Assembly (NCBI GenBank): GCA_963714145.1
Contig: OY970235.1
Span: 2,961,722 to 3,025,721, forward strand
Reading direction: 5' to 3'
Source: an uncultured Actinomycetota bacterium
GTDB lineage: Bacteria > Actinomycetota > Actinomycetes > Mycobacteriales > CADCTP01
DNA: 64,000 nucleotides
The notes beneath the pieces were generated by a model. That model was not told where the DNA came from and did not search any database. It saw only the letters and a program-made list of their open reading frames with translations. Both the position numbers and the translations under genes were made by a program. Below, piece after piece: positions 1 through 8,517 of this stretch; the first letter of the stretch is position 1, and each line of letters starts with the position of its first letter.

Positions 1-825
1 GGTCAGCTCCGCGCAGGTCATCGCGCCGGACCGGCAGAGCACCAGATCGGCGGCGGCGTAGGCGAGATCCATCCGCTCCAGGTACGGCACCACCAGGTAC
101 GGCGGCGCGCCGGGGCGGCTCGGCACGGTGACCGTGTTCTTCGTCCCGGCGGCGTGCAGTACCTGGACGCCGGCCGCGGCCAGCGCTTCGGCGGCACCGG
201 CGGCGGCCTGGTTCAGCGTGCGGGCGCCCTGCGAGCCGCCGAACACGAGCAGCAGCGGGGCATCCGGGTCAAGTCCGAAATGGACCCGGGCCGCGGCCCG
301 GCCGGCCTCTCTATCCAATGTGGACACAGCGCGGCGGAGCGGGATGCCGATCGGCCGGGCGTGCGGCAGCTGGATGTTGTCCGCGCCGGTGGCCACGTAC
401 GAGGTGAGCCGGGCGCCGAGGCGGTTGGCCAGCCCGGGCCGCGCGTTCGCCTCGTGCACGACGATCGGCGTCCCCCGGCGGCGGGCGGCCAGGTACGCCG
501 GTACCGAGACGTAGCCGCCGAAGCCGACCACGACATCCGCGCCGATCCGGTCGAGCACCTCGACGGTGGCCCGCACGGCGCCGCGCACCCGCAGCGGCAC
601 CCGCAGCAGGTCCGGGGTGGGCCGGCGCGGCATCGGCACGGCCGGCACAAGTTCCAGCGGGTACCCCCGGGCCGGCACCAGCGTGGTCTCCAGCCCGCGG
701 CTGGTGCCCAGCGCGGTGATCGCCATGTCCGGGTCCAGCCGCCGCAGCGCGTCCGCCGTCGCCAGCGCCGGCTCGATGTGCCCACCGGTCCCGCCGCCGG
801 CCAGCACCACCCGCACCCCGGTCAC
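1..825 (-). CDS. murG: MurG, undecaprenyl-PP-MurNAc-pentapeptide GlcNAc transferase (3' end runs off the left edge)
   Basis: Absent from the ORF track because it is truncated. My reverse translation gives [22 protein letters not shown] at the 5' end and ...[33 protein letters not shown] at position 1. It lies directly downstream of ftsW, as in dcw clusters. The start is GTG 825; in-frame GTGs at 816, 855 and 885 are also possible. Confidence 0.9.
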   Translation of the reverse strand, partial: MTGVRVVLAGGGTGGHIEPALATADALRRLDPDMAITALGTSRGLETTLVPARGYPLELVPAVPMPRRPTPDLLRVPLRVRGAVRATVEVLDRIGADVVVGFGGYVSVPAYLAARRRGTPIVVHEANARPGLANRLGARLTSYVATGADNIQLPHARPIGIPLRRAVSTLDREAGRAAARVHFGLDPDAPLLLVFGGSQGARTLNQAAAGAAEALAAAGVQVLHAAGTKNTVTVPSRPGAPPYLVVPYLERMDLAYAAADLVLCRSGAMTCAELT

Positions 826-958
826 CGGCCACCCCGCCCCGTCATCGGCGCCCACCCAGCCGCCGCCGGACCGGCCGCCTCCCACCCAGCCGCCGCCGGA
901 CCGGCCGGCAGCCCCGGCCTGGCCAGCAGCCTCAGCCCGGCCAGGGCGCTCTGCCCGC

Positions 959-2761
959 TCATCGGGTGGTCCGCCGGGCCCGGTTGGCGGCGCGGTGCGG
1001 TGCCGGCAGGCCGAGCAGCCGGGACGGCCAGCCGCGCCGGCTGGCCAGGTGCGCGGCCGCGGCGGGCTCGTGCCGGGCGAACGAGGCGAGCATGCCGAGC
1101 GCGAACAGGGTCACCACCAGCGAGGTGCCGCCGAACGAGATCAGCGGCAGCGGGATGCCGGTGACCGGTAGCAGGCCGGTCACGTAGCCCATGTTGATCA
1201 CGGCCTGGCCCGCGATCCAGGTGGTGATCGCCGCCGCCGCGAGCCGGGCGAACGGGTCGACCGACCGCCGGGCGATCCGGATGCCGGCGTACGCCAGCGT
1301 GGTGAACAGCAGGATGACGACCAGGCACCCGAGCAGTCCCAACTCCTCGCCGAGGATGGCGAAGATGTAGTCGGTGTGCGCCTCCGGCAGCAGCCCCCAC
1401 TTCATCTTGCTCTGCCCCAGCCCGACGCCGAACCATCCCCCGCTGGACAGCGAGTAGAGGCCCTGCACGGCCTGGAATCCCTTGTCCGAGGCGTCCTTGG
1501 ACGGGCTGAGGAACGCGGTCAGCCGGGCCAGCCGGTACGGCTCCAGGAAGATCAGCGCGACCACCGCGGCGCCGGCGAACCCGGTCAGCAGCGCGAAGAA
1601 CCGGGCCGGCACCCCGACTGTCCACAGCAGACCGAACAGCACCAGGCCGAGGCAGAGCGTGCTGCCCAGGTCCGGCTCGAGCATCACCAGCCCGGCCATC
1701 AGCACGGTCACCGGCAGCAGCGGCAGCGCCAGGTGCCGGGGCCGGCTGAGCAGTTTGTGCTTGCGCACCAGCAGGTCCGCGCCCCAGAGCGCGAGCGCCA
1801 GCTTCGCCGGCTCGGACGGCTGCAGCTGCAGCGGGCCCAGGTCGATCCACCGGCGCACGTTCCGGATGTCCTCGCCGACGCCGGGCACCAGCACCGCGAG
1901 CAGCAACAGGATGGTGATCAGCAGCGCCGGATAGGCCAGCGCGCGGTGCCCGCGCGGGGAGAGCCGCAGCCCCAGCCAGAACGCCGGCAACCCGAACCCG
2001 ACCCAGGTCAGCTGCCGGGCGAACACCCCGTACGTGCTGCCCAGGTTCTCGTAGGACTCGACCATCGACGCGGACAGCACCATCACCAGCCCGATGGCCA
2101 GCAGCAGCCCGCCGCTGGCCAGCACCAGCTGCAGCGAGGTGAGCGGCCGGTCCAGCAGCGCGGCGAGCGCCGCCGCCCGGGACGGCTCGGCCGCGCCGGC
2201 CACCGCCTTCGGCGCGGCGGCCTCGAGCCCGGTGGCCTTGGCAGCCGTGGCCTTGCGCGGCGCGGTGGCCTTGGCGGCTGCCCGGGCGCCGGCGGCGGTA
2301 CGGGCGGCCGAACCGGCCGCCTTGCGCGGGGCGGCCGCTGTCCTGGCTACTCCCCGGGCGCCGGCAGCCGCGGCGCCCGCGGTGATCCGGGCGGCCGAAC
2401 CGGCCGCCTTCCGGGGTGCCGCCGCCGTCTTCGCCACGACCCGCCCAGCCGCGCGGGCGCCGGCCTGCCGCGCCGTCGGGGTCCCGTCCGCCGACACCCG
2501 CCGGGCACCGGACGCCCGGGCCGCGGACTCACGGGCCGCGGACTCACGGGCGGACTCACGGGCCGCGGACTCACGGGAGTCACCGGCCGCGGAACCGCGA
2601 CCGGCCGCGCCCCGGGGGGTGGCCCGGCCGGCGGAGTCGCGGGCGGCGGCGTCACGAGTGGCCCCGGCCGCACGGGCGGTGTCCGTCGCAGGTGGACGGC
2701 GGACCGGCCGGCGGGGCGGTGTCGGCTCCGGGCTGGCCGCCGCGGCGGCGCTGGCGCTCAT
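959..2761 (-). CDS. ftsW: FtsW, SEDS-family peptidoglycan polymerase/lipid II flippase with a long low-complexity N-terminal extension
   Basis: Track ORF 959..2761. The C-terminal ~400 aa form a polytopic SEDS core ([21 protein letters not shown]..., [18 protein letters not shown]). The start overlaps the murD stop (ATGA at 2758-2761). The first ~190 aa are Ala/Arg/Pro-rich repeats. Confidence 0.9.
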   Translation of the reverse strand: MSASAAAAASPEPTPPRRPVRRPPATDTARAAGATRDAAARDSAGRATPRGAAGRGSAAGDSRESAARESARESAARESAARASGARRVSADGTPTARQAGARAAGRVVAKTAAAPRKAAGSAARITAGAAAAGARGVARTAAAPRKAAGSAARTAAGARAAAKATAPRKATAAKATGLEAAAPKAVAGAAEPSRAAALAALLDRPLTSLQLVLASGGLLLAIGLVMVLSASMVESYENLGSTYGVFARQLTWVGFGLPAFWLGLRLSPRGHRALAYPALLITILLLLAVLVPGVGEDIRNVRRWIDLGPLQLQPSEPAKLALALWGADLLVRKHKLLSRPRHLALPLLPVTVLMAGLVMLEPDLGSTLCLGLVLFGLLWTVGVPARFFALLTGFAGAAVVALIFLEPYRLARLTAFLSPSKDASDKGFQAVQGLYSLSSGGWFGVGLGQSKMKWGLLPEAHTDYIFAILGEELGLLGCLVVILLFTTLAYAGIRIARRSVDPFARLAAAAITTWIAGQAVINMGYVTGLLPVTGIPLPLISFGGTSLVVTLFALGMLASFARHEPAAAAHLASRRGWPSRLLGLPAPHRAANRARRTTR

Positions 2762-4149
2762 GCCGATTCCAGGGCGTGCACGGCCGCGGCGAAGGCGTCG
2801 CCGCGGGCGGCGTAGTCGGTGAACATGTCCATCGACGCGGCGGCGGGGGCGAGCAGCACGGTGTCGCCGGGCTGTGCCAGCCCGGCTGCCGCGCGTACCG
2901 CCTCACCCATGGCCTCATGGTCGGTCCTACTGACCTCGACGACCGGTAGATCCGGGGCGTGTCGGCCGATTGCGGCACGGATAGCGTCCCGGTCGGCGCC
3001 GAGCAGCACCGCGCCGGCGAGTCTGGAGTGGACGGCGGCAACCAGGTCGTCCACCGGCGCGCCCTTGAGCAGCCCGCCGGCCACCCAGACCACCCGCGGG
3101 TAGCCGGCCAGCGAGGCGGCCGCGGCGTGCGGGTTGGTGGCCTTGGAATCGTCCACGTAGGACACTCCGGCGACCGCGGCCACCGGCGCGTTGCGGTGCC
3201 GCTCCGGGACGAAGCCGCGCAGCCCGGCCCGGATCGCGGCCGGCGCCAGCCCGTACGCCCGGGCCAGCGCGGCGGCGGCGAGCGCGTTGGCCACCTGGTG
3301 CGGCAGCGCCGGCGGCCCGTCCGGCAGGATGTCGGCCACCGCGGCCAGCACCACCCCGTCCCCGGGATCGGCGCCGAAGGCGCGGTCGAGCAGTACCCCG
3401 GCCCGGACGCCGAGCTGTGCCGGCGCCGGTTCGCCCAGCGTGAAGCCGGCCCGGCGCGGGTTCCCGGCGGCCAGCGCGGTGACGGCCGGGTCGTCGGCGT
3501 TGTAGACGGCGACCGGGTCACCGGCGTAGACGCGGGCCTTCGCGGCGGCGTAGCCGTCGTAGCCGCCGTGCCAGTCCAGGTGATCGGGCGCGAGGTTGAG
3601 CAGGGCCGCGGCGAACGGCCGCACCGACGGCGACCAGTACAGCTGGAAGCTGGACAGCTCCACCGCGAGCACCTGGTACGGCGGGTCGGCGAGCACCGCG
3701 TCCAGCACCGGCAGGCCGACATTGCCGGTGGCCACCGCACGCAGCCCGGCCGCGCGCAGCATCGCCTCCAGCATCCGGACCGTGGTGGTCTTCCCGTTGG
3801 TTCCGGTCAGCGCCAGCCAGGGCGCCGGGTCGGGCCCGCGCAGCCGCCAGGCCAGCTCGACCTCGCCGATCACCTCGATGCCGGCGGCGGCCGCGGCGGC
3901 CAGCAGCGGGGCGTCCGGCCGCCACCCCGGCGAGGTGACCACCAGGTCGGTCCCGGCCGGCAGTGCACCGTCCGGCGAGATCGCGGCCCCGGCCGCGGCG
4001 AGCGCCGCGGTCCGGTCGGCGGACCGGTCGGCCACCGTCACCGCGGCTCCCAGCCCGAGCAGCGCCCGCGCCGCCGCGGCCCCGGACGCGCCGGCGCCGG
4101 CCACGAGCACGGATCTGCCGCGATACCCGGCCAGCTCAGCGGCAGCCAT
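2758..4149 (-). CDS. murD: MurD, UDP-MurNAc-L-Ala--D-Glu ligase
   Basis: Track ORF 2758..4203. It has a Rossmann motif (GRSVLVAGAGASGAAAAR) and a P-loop (GTNGKTTT). ATG 4149 sits one nt after the mraY stop (4151-4153), so I prefer it to the longest-ORF start at 4203. Confidence 0.9.
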   Translation of the reverse strand: MAAAELAGYRGRSVLVAGAGASGAAAARALLGLGAAVTVADRSADRTAALAAAGAAISPDGALPAGTDLVVTSPGWRPDAPLLAAAAAAGIEVIGEVELAWRLRGPDPAPWLALTGTNGKTTTVRMLEAMLRAAGLRAVATGNVGLPVLDAVLADPPYQVLAVELSSFQLYWSPSVRPFAAALLNLAPDHLDWHGGYDGYAAAKARVYAGDPVAVYNADDPAVTALAAGNPRRAGFTLGEPAPAQLGVRAGVLLDRAFGADPGDGVVLAAVADILPDGPPALPHQVANALAAAALARAYGLAPAAIRAGLRGFVPERHRNAPVAAVAGVSYVDDSKATNPHAAAASLAGYPRVVWVAGGLLKGAPVDDLVAAVHSRLAGAVLLGADRDAIRAAIGRHAPDLPVVEVSRTDHEAMGEAVRAAAGLAQPGDTVLLAPAAASMDMFTDYAARGDAFAAAVHALESA

Positions 4150-4150
4150 C

Positions 4151-5233
4151 TCAGCCCGGCAGCCCGTACGAGATGAACTCCGCGTAGAACAGTCCGAGTC
4201 CAAAAGCGACGGCCAGCCCGGCGATGATCCAGAACCGCACGATGACGGTGGTCTCCGCCCAGCCGGCCAGCTCGAAGTGGTGATGGATCGGGGCCATGTT
4301 GAACAGCCGCCGGCGTTTCCACTTGAAGACGCCGACCTGCAGCATCACCGAGAGCGTCTCCACCACGAACAGCCCGCCGAGGACGACCAGCAGCAGCTCG
4401 GTCTTGGACGTGATCGCGATGCCGGCGAGCAGCCCGCCGAGCGCCAGCGAGCCGGTGTCGCCCATGAAGATGCGGGCCGGCGCGGCGTTCCACCAGAGGA
4501 AGCCGAAGCAGGCGGCCATCGCGGCGGCGGTCAGCAGGGCCACGTCCAGCGGGTCGCGCACCTGGTAGCAGCCGGCCCGGGCCACCGCCTCGCAGGCGTT
4601 GCGGAACTGGTAGAACGAGATGACCGTGTACGCCGCGAACACCATCGCCGAACTGCCGGCGGCCAGCCCGTCCAGCCCGTCGGTGAGGTTGACCGCGTTG
4701 GACGTGCCGCTGATCACCACGTACGCGAACACCACGAAGAAGATCGCGCCGAGGCTGATCTGCGGGATGTCCCGCACGTACGACAGGTGCTTGGACGCCG
4801 GGGTGAGCCCGCTGTCGTCCCGGAACCGCAGCGCCAGCACGGCGAACGAGACGCCGACGAACAGCTGGCCGCCGAACTTCGCGGTCGCGTTCAGGCCCAG
4901 GCTGCGCTGCTTGCGGATCTTGATGAAGTCGTCCAGGAAGCCGACGACGCCGAGCCCGGTGAACAGGTAGAGCAGCAGCAGCCCGGTGGCGGTGGGGCCA
5001 CGGTCGGACTGGCTGGCCGTGGTCAGGTGCGCGGCCAGGTAGCCGAGCAGCGTGGCCAGGATGATGACCGTGCCGCCCATCGTCGGGGTGCCGCGCTTGG
5101 CCTGGTGCGACTGCGGGCCGTCGTCCCGGATCTCCTGGCCGAACCCGCGGCGGCGGAACAGCCGCACCGCCAGCGGCGTGGCGAGGATCGAGACCAACAG
5201 CGAGACCAGCGCGGCGACCAGGACCGACTTCAC
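4151..5233 (-). CDS. mraY: MraY, phospho-MurNAc-pentapeptide translocase
   Basis: This is the 3' 360 codons of track ORF 4151..6772; the rest of that ORF is an open-frame run-through. Motifs: [47 protein letters not shown] 5231-5233 overlaps the murF TGA (GTGA). Confidence 0.92.
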   Translation of the reverse strand: MKSVLVAALVSLLVSILATPLAVRLFRRRGFGQEIRDDGPQSHQAKRGTPTMGGTVIILATLLGYLAAHLTTASQSDRGPTATGLLLLYLFTGLGVVGFLDDFIKIRKQRSLGLNATAKFGGQLFVGVSFAVLALRFRDDSGLTPASKHLSYVRDIPQISLGAIFFVVFAYVVISGTSNAVNLTDGLDGLAAGSSAMVFAAYTVISFYQFRNACEAVARAGCYQVRDPLDVALLTAAAMAACFGFLWWNAAPARIFMGDTGSLALGGLLAGIAITSKTELLLVVLGGLFVVETLSVMLQVGVFKWKRRRLFNMAPIHHHFELAGWAETTVIVRFWIIAGLAVAFGLGLFYAEFISYGLPG

Positions 5234-6630
5234 CGGGCGCCCCCGGCCGCCGGTTCGGCCAGCAGCGCCTCGGCGATCCGTTCCAGGCCGGCCGCCCGGG
5301 AGGCCTTCACCAGCACCACATCTCCCGGACGCACGTCCCGCCGCAACAGGCGCACCGCCGCTCCGACGTCGGGCACCTGTACCGACTCCCCTTTCCATGA
5401 TCCGTCCGCCGCCGCCGCCGCGTGCACCGGCGCCGCCTCCGGGCCGACCACCACCAGCCGGTCCACGCCGAGCCCGGTGGCGTACCGGCCGAGCGCGCCG
5501 TGCTCGGCGTCCGCGCCGGCGCCCAGCTCGGCCATCTGCCCGAGCACCGCCCAGCACCGCCGGGCCCGCGCCATCGTCCGCAGCGCGGTCAGCGCCGCCC
5601 GCATCGACTCCGGGTTGGCGTTGTAGGCGTCGTTGACGACCAGCACGCCGTCCGGCCGCTCGGTGACCTCCATCCGCCACCGGGACAGCGGCTTCGCCGC
5701 CGCCAACCCGGCGCCGACGTCCGCGAGCGGCAGGCCCAGCTCCAGCGCGATCGCCGCGGCGGCAAGCGAGTTCGACACCTGGTGCGCCCCGTACAGTCCA
5801 AGTTGGACGGTCACCGCGCCGGCCGGGGTGACCAGCCGGAACCCGGGCCGGCCGGCCTCGTCCAGCCGGACCTCGTCGGCCCGGATCGTGGCGGCCGCGG
5901 ACGTGCCGAACGGCACCACCCGCGCCGCGGTGCGGGCCGCCATCGCCGCGACCAGCGGATCGTCCGCGTTCAGCACCGCGACGCCGTCGGCCGGCAGTGC
6001 CTCGATCAGCTCGCCCTTGGCGGTCGCGATCGCGTCCCGGCTGCCGAACTTGCCCAGGTGCGCGCTGCCCACGTTCAGTACCGCGGCGATCCGCGGCGCG
6101 GCGATCCGGGCCAGCGCGGCGATGTGCCCGATCCCGCGCGCGCTGTACTCCAGCACCAGGTACCGGGTGTCCACAGTGGACCGAAGCACGGTGTACGGGT
6201 GGCCCAGCTCGTTGTTGAACGAGCCCGGCGGGGCCACCGTGGGGCCGAGCCGGCTCAGCAGCTGGGCGATCAGGTCCTTTGTGGACGTCTTGCCGCTGGA
6301 GCCGGTGACGCCGGCCACCACCAGCCCGGGCAACCGGGCCAGCACCGCGCTGGCCAGCGAGCCGAGCGCGGCCTGCACGTCCGGTACGACCACCGCCGGC
6401 ACGCCGACCGGGTGCGCCGCCAGCACCCCGACCGCACCGGCCGCAACGGCCCCGGCCGCGTGCTCGTGCCCGTCCACCCGCTCGCCGCGCAGCGCGACGA
6501 ACAGTCCACCGGGGACGATCCGGCGCGAGTCCAGCTCCACATCGGCGCTGACCCGGACCGCCGGATCGGGCGCGTCGGCCAGCGTGCCGCCGACCGCGGC
6601 CGCGATCTCGGCCAGGCTCAGCGGGATCAC
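5230..6630 (-). CDS. murF: MurF, UDP-MurNAc-tripeptide--D-Ala-D-Ala ligase
   Basis: Track ORF 5230..6630. N-terminus [16 protein letters not shown]-loop [13 protein letters not shown]. The GTG start overlaps the murE stop (GTGA at 6627-6630). Confidence 0.92.
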   Translation of the reverse strand: MIPLSLAEIAAAVGGTLADAPDPAVRVSADVELDSRRIVPGGLFVALRGERVDGHEHAAGAVAAGAVGVLAAHPVGVPAVVVPDVQAALGSLASAVLARLPGLVVAGVTGSSGKTSTKDLIAQLLSRLGPTVAPPGSFNNELGHPYTVLRSTVDTRYLVLEYSARGIGHIAALARIAAPRIAAVLNVGSAHLGKFGSRDAIATAKGELIEALPADGVAVLNADDPLVAAMAARTAARVVPFGTSAAATIRADEVRLDEAGRPGFRLVTPAGAVTVQLGLYGAHQVSNSLAAAAIALELGLPLADVGAGLAAAKPLSRWRMEVTERPDGVLVVNDAYNANPESMRAALTALRTMARARRCWAVLGQMAELGAGADAEHGALGRYATGLGVDRLVVVGPEAAPVHAAAAADGSWKGESVQVPDVGAAVRLLRRDVRPGDVVLVKASRAAGLERIAEALLAEPAAGGAR

Positions 6631-8327
6631 TGCCCCGCCTCCCCACTGCTGGCATCCCCGCCACCGGTGCCAGCCCCGACCTGGCTGGCCGCCGGGCCAC
6701 CGCTGGCCGCCGGGCCACCGCTGGCCGCCGGGCCACCGCTGGCCGCCGGGCCACCGCTGGCCGCCGGGCCACCGCTGGCGGCCGGGCGCCGGGCTGGAAC
6801 GGGATCGCTGGCGGCGCCGGGGGCGGCCGCTTCGATCGCCGCGCGCAGCACGGCCCGGTCGTCGAAGGGCAGCACCACGCCGCCGACCTGCTGGCCCGGC
6901 TCGTGCCCCTTGCCGGCGATCACCACGGTGTCGCCGGGCCGGGCCGCCGCCACCGCCGCGAAGATGGCCGCCCGCCGGTCACCGACCTCGATCACCTCGC
7001 CGCGCTCGCCGGCCGGCACCGCCTCGGCGCCGGCCCGCATCGCCGCCCGGATCGCGGCCGGGTCCTCCGAGCGCGGGTTGTCGTCGGTCACGATCAGCAG
7101 GTCGGAGCCACGGGCGGCGGCGTCGCCCATCAGCGGCCGCTTGCCCCGGTCCCGGTCGCCGCCGCAGCCGAGCACGGTGATCACCCGCCCGGCCGTGCCG
7201 GGGCGGACCGCGGCCAGCAGCCGGGCCACCGGGTCCGGCGCGTGCGCGTAGTCGACCAGCGCCGCGTACGGCTGGCCGGCGTCCACCGGCTCCATCCGGC
7301 CGGGCACCACGGTGTCGGCCACGCCCTTGGCCGCGTCGGCGACGTCCACCCCGACCGCGGCCAGGGTGGCGATCGCCAGCAACGCGTTCGCCAGGTTGAA
7401 CGGGCCGGGCAGCCGGGTCGACGCGAGCAGGTCCAGCCGGCCCGGGCCGAGCACCCGGAACCGCTGCCCGCCGGCCGGATCGGGCTGCACGCCGGCCGCC
7501 CGCCAGGCGGCGGCCGGGTCACCCAGGCTGGACACCGTCACCGTGGCCGGCGTGACCAGCCGGCGGCCCCAGGCGTCGTCGACGTTGACCACCTCGCGCT
7601 CGGCCCGGCCGTCGAACAGCCGGGCCTTGGCGGCGAAGTAGTCGGCCATGTCGGCGTGGAAGTCCAGGTGGTCCTGGGAGAGGTTGGTGAACGCGCCGGC
7701 GGCGAACCGGGTGCCGTCGACCCGGCCCAGGGCCAGACCGTGGCTGGACACCTCCATCGCAACCGCGGTCACCGCCCGCTCACGCATCGTGGCCAGGGTG
7801 GCCTGCAGGTCCGGCGCCTCCGGGGTGGTGCTGGTGCTCGGCACCGCCTCGCCGGCGATCCGGGTCTCGACGGTGCCGATCAACCCGGTACGCAGCCCAG
7901 CCTGTCGCAGCCCGTGCTCGAGCAGGTACGCGGTGGTGGTCTTGCCGTTCGTGCCGGTGACGCCGATCACCCGCATCGCCGCCGACGGCTCGCCGTACAC
8001 GTACCCGGCGACCCGGCCGAGCACGTCCCGTGGTCGGTCGACCACCAGGACGGGCAGACCGGTGGCCAGCGCCGCGTCCCGGCCGACCGGGTCGGTCAGG
8101 ATGGCGGCCGCGCCGGCCGCCACCGCGCCGGGCAGGAAACTCACCCCGTGCGCGTTCGCCCCGGGCAGCGCGGCGAACAGGTCACCGGGCCGGACCGCCC
8201 GGGAGTTCAGCGTCACCCCGGTAACCGCGCCGTCAGCCGACGGCGCGGGCAGATCCAGGGCGCGAGCCAGGCCCCCGAGGCGGCACGGGGTGAGCTGGAG
8301 GGGCCGCAGCGCCGGGGTCGCGGACAC
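6627..8327 (-). CDS. murE: MurE, UDP-MurNAc-L-Ala-D-Glu--meso-DAP ligase with a hexapeptide-repeat C-terminal tail
   Basis: Track ORF 6627..8555. Motifs: [39 protein letters not shown]. The start is uncertain. GTG 8327 ([11 protein letters not shown]...) gives a normal-length N-terminus, whereas the longest-ORF start at 8555 would overlap ftsI. Confidence 0.85.
   Translation of the reverse strand: MSATPALRPLQLTPCRLGGLARALDLPAPSADGAVTGVTLNSRAVRPGDLFAALPGANAHGVSFLPGAVAAGAAAILTDPVGRDAALATGLPVLVVDRPRDVLGRVAGYVYGEPSAAMRVIGVTGTNGKTTTAYLLEHGLRQAGLRTGLIGTVETRIAGEAVPSTSTTPEAPDLQATLATMRERAVTAVAMEVSSHGLALGRVDGTRFAAGAFTNLSQDHLDFHADMADYFAAKARLFDGRAEREVVNVDDAWGRRLVTPATVTVSSLGDPAAAWRAAGVQPDPAGGQRFRVLGPGRLDLLASTRLPGPFNLANALLAIATLAAVGVDVADAAKGVADTVVPGRMEPVDAGQPYAALVDYAHAPDPVARLLAAVRPGTAGRVITVLGCGGDRDRGKRPLMGDAAARGSDLLIVTDDNPRSEDPAAIRAAMRAGAEAVPAGERGEVIEVGDRRAAIFAAVAAARPGDTVVIAGKGHEPGQQVGGVVLPFDDRAVLRAAIEAAAPGAASDPVPARRPAASGGPAASGGPAASGGPAASGGPAASGGPAASQVGAGTGGGDASSGEAGQ
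6685..6792. repeat. 18-bp tandem repeat (ctggccgccgggccaccg), 5 perfect copies plus 1 variant, inside the murE 3' end
   Basis: Read directly from the sequence: copies start at 6685, 6703, 6721, 6739 and 6757, with a variant at 6775. On the minus strand it encodes (PAASGG)n. Confidence 0.95.
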
Positions 8328-8517
8328 GGCAGGCAAGGCTACCGGTGCCCCGTCCCGGGCCCGGCTCCGGCCGCCCCCAGAGCCGATTCCACCGTCGAAC
8401 GCACCGCTGATCGGACCGCCAACGGCCGGGCCGGGCCGACCGCCCGGCCCAGGCTGGCCTGCCCCAGCCGGCCCAGCACCGAGCGCCGGGCCGGCCGCGG
8501 GGAACGCAGGCTCACGA

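Noticed and set aside
4151-6772. 873-aa track ORF that appears to fuse mraY with a large N-terminal domain.
   Set aside because: Upstream of GTG 5233 the frame is merely open across murF, which occupies a different frame on the same strand, and it encodes Arg/Gly-rich nonsense. MraY motifs begin right at 5233, where a GTGA overlap with the murF stop marks the real start.
6685-6792. Possible CRISPR arrays among the many tandem repeats (6685, 10451, 15057, 24456, 36075, 47072).
   Set aside because: All of them are head-to-tail repeats with no unique spacers between units. Most lie inside CDSs and keep the reading frame. No cas genes are present.
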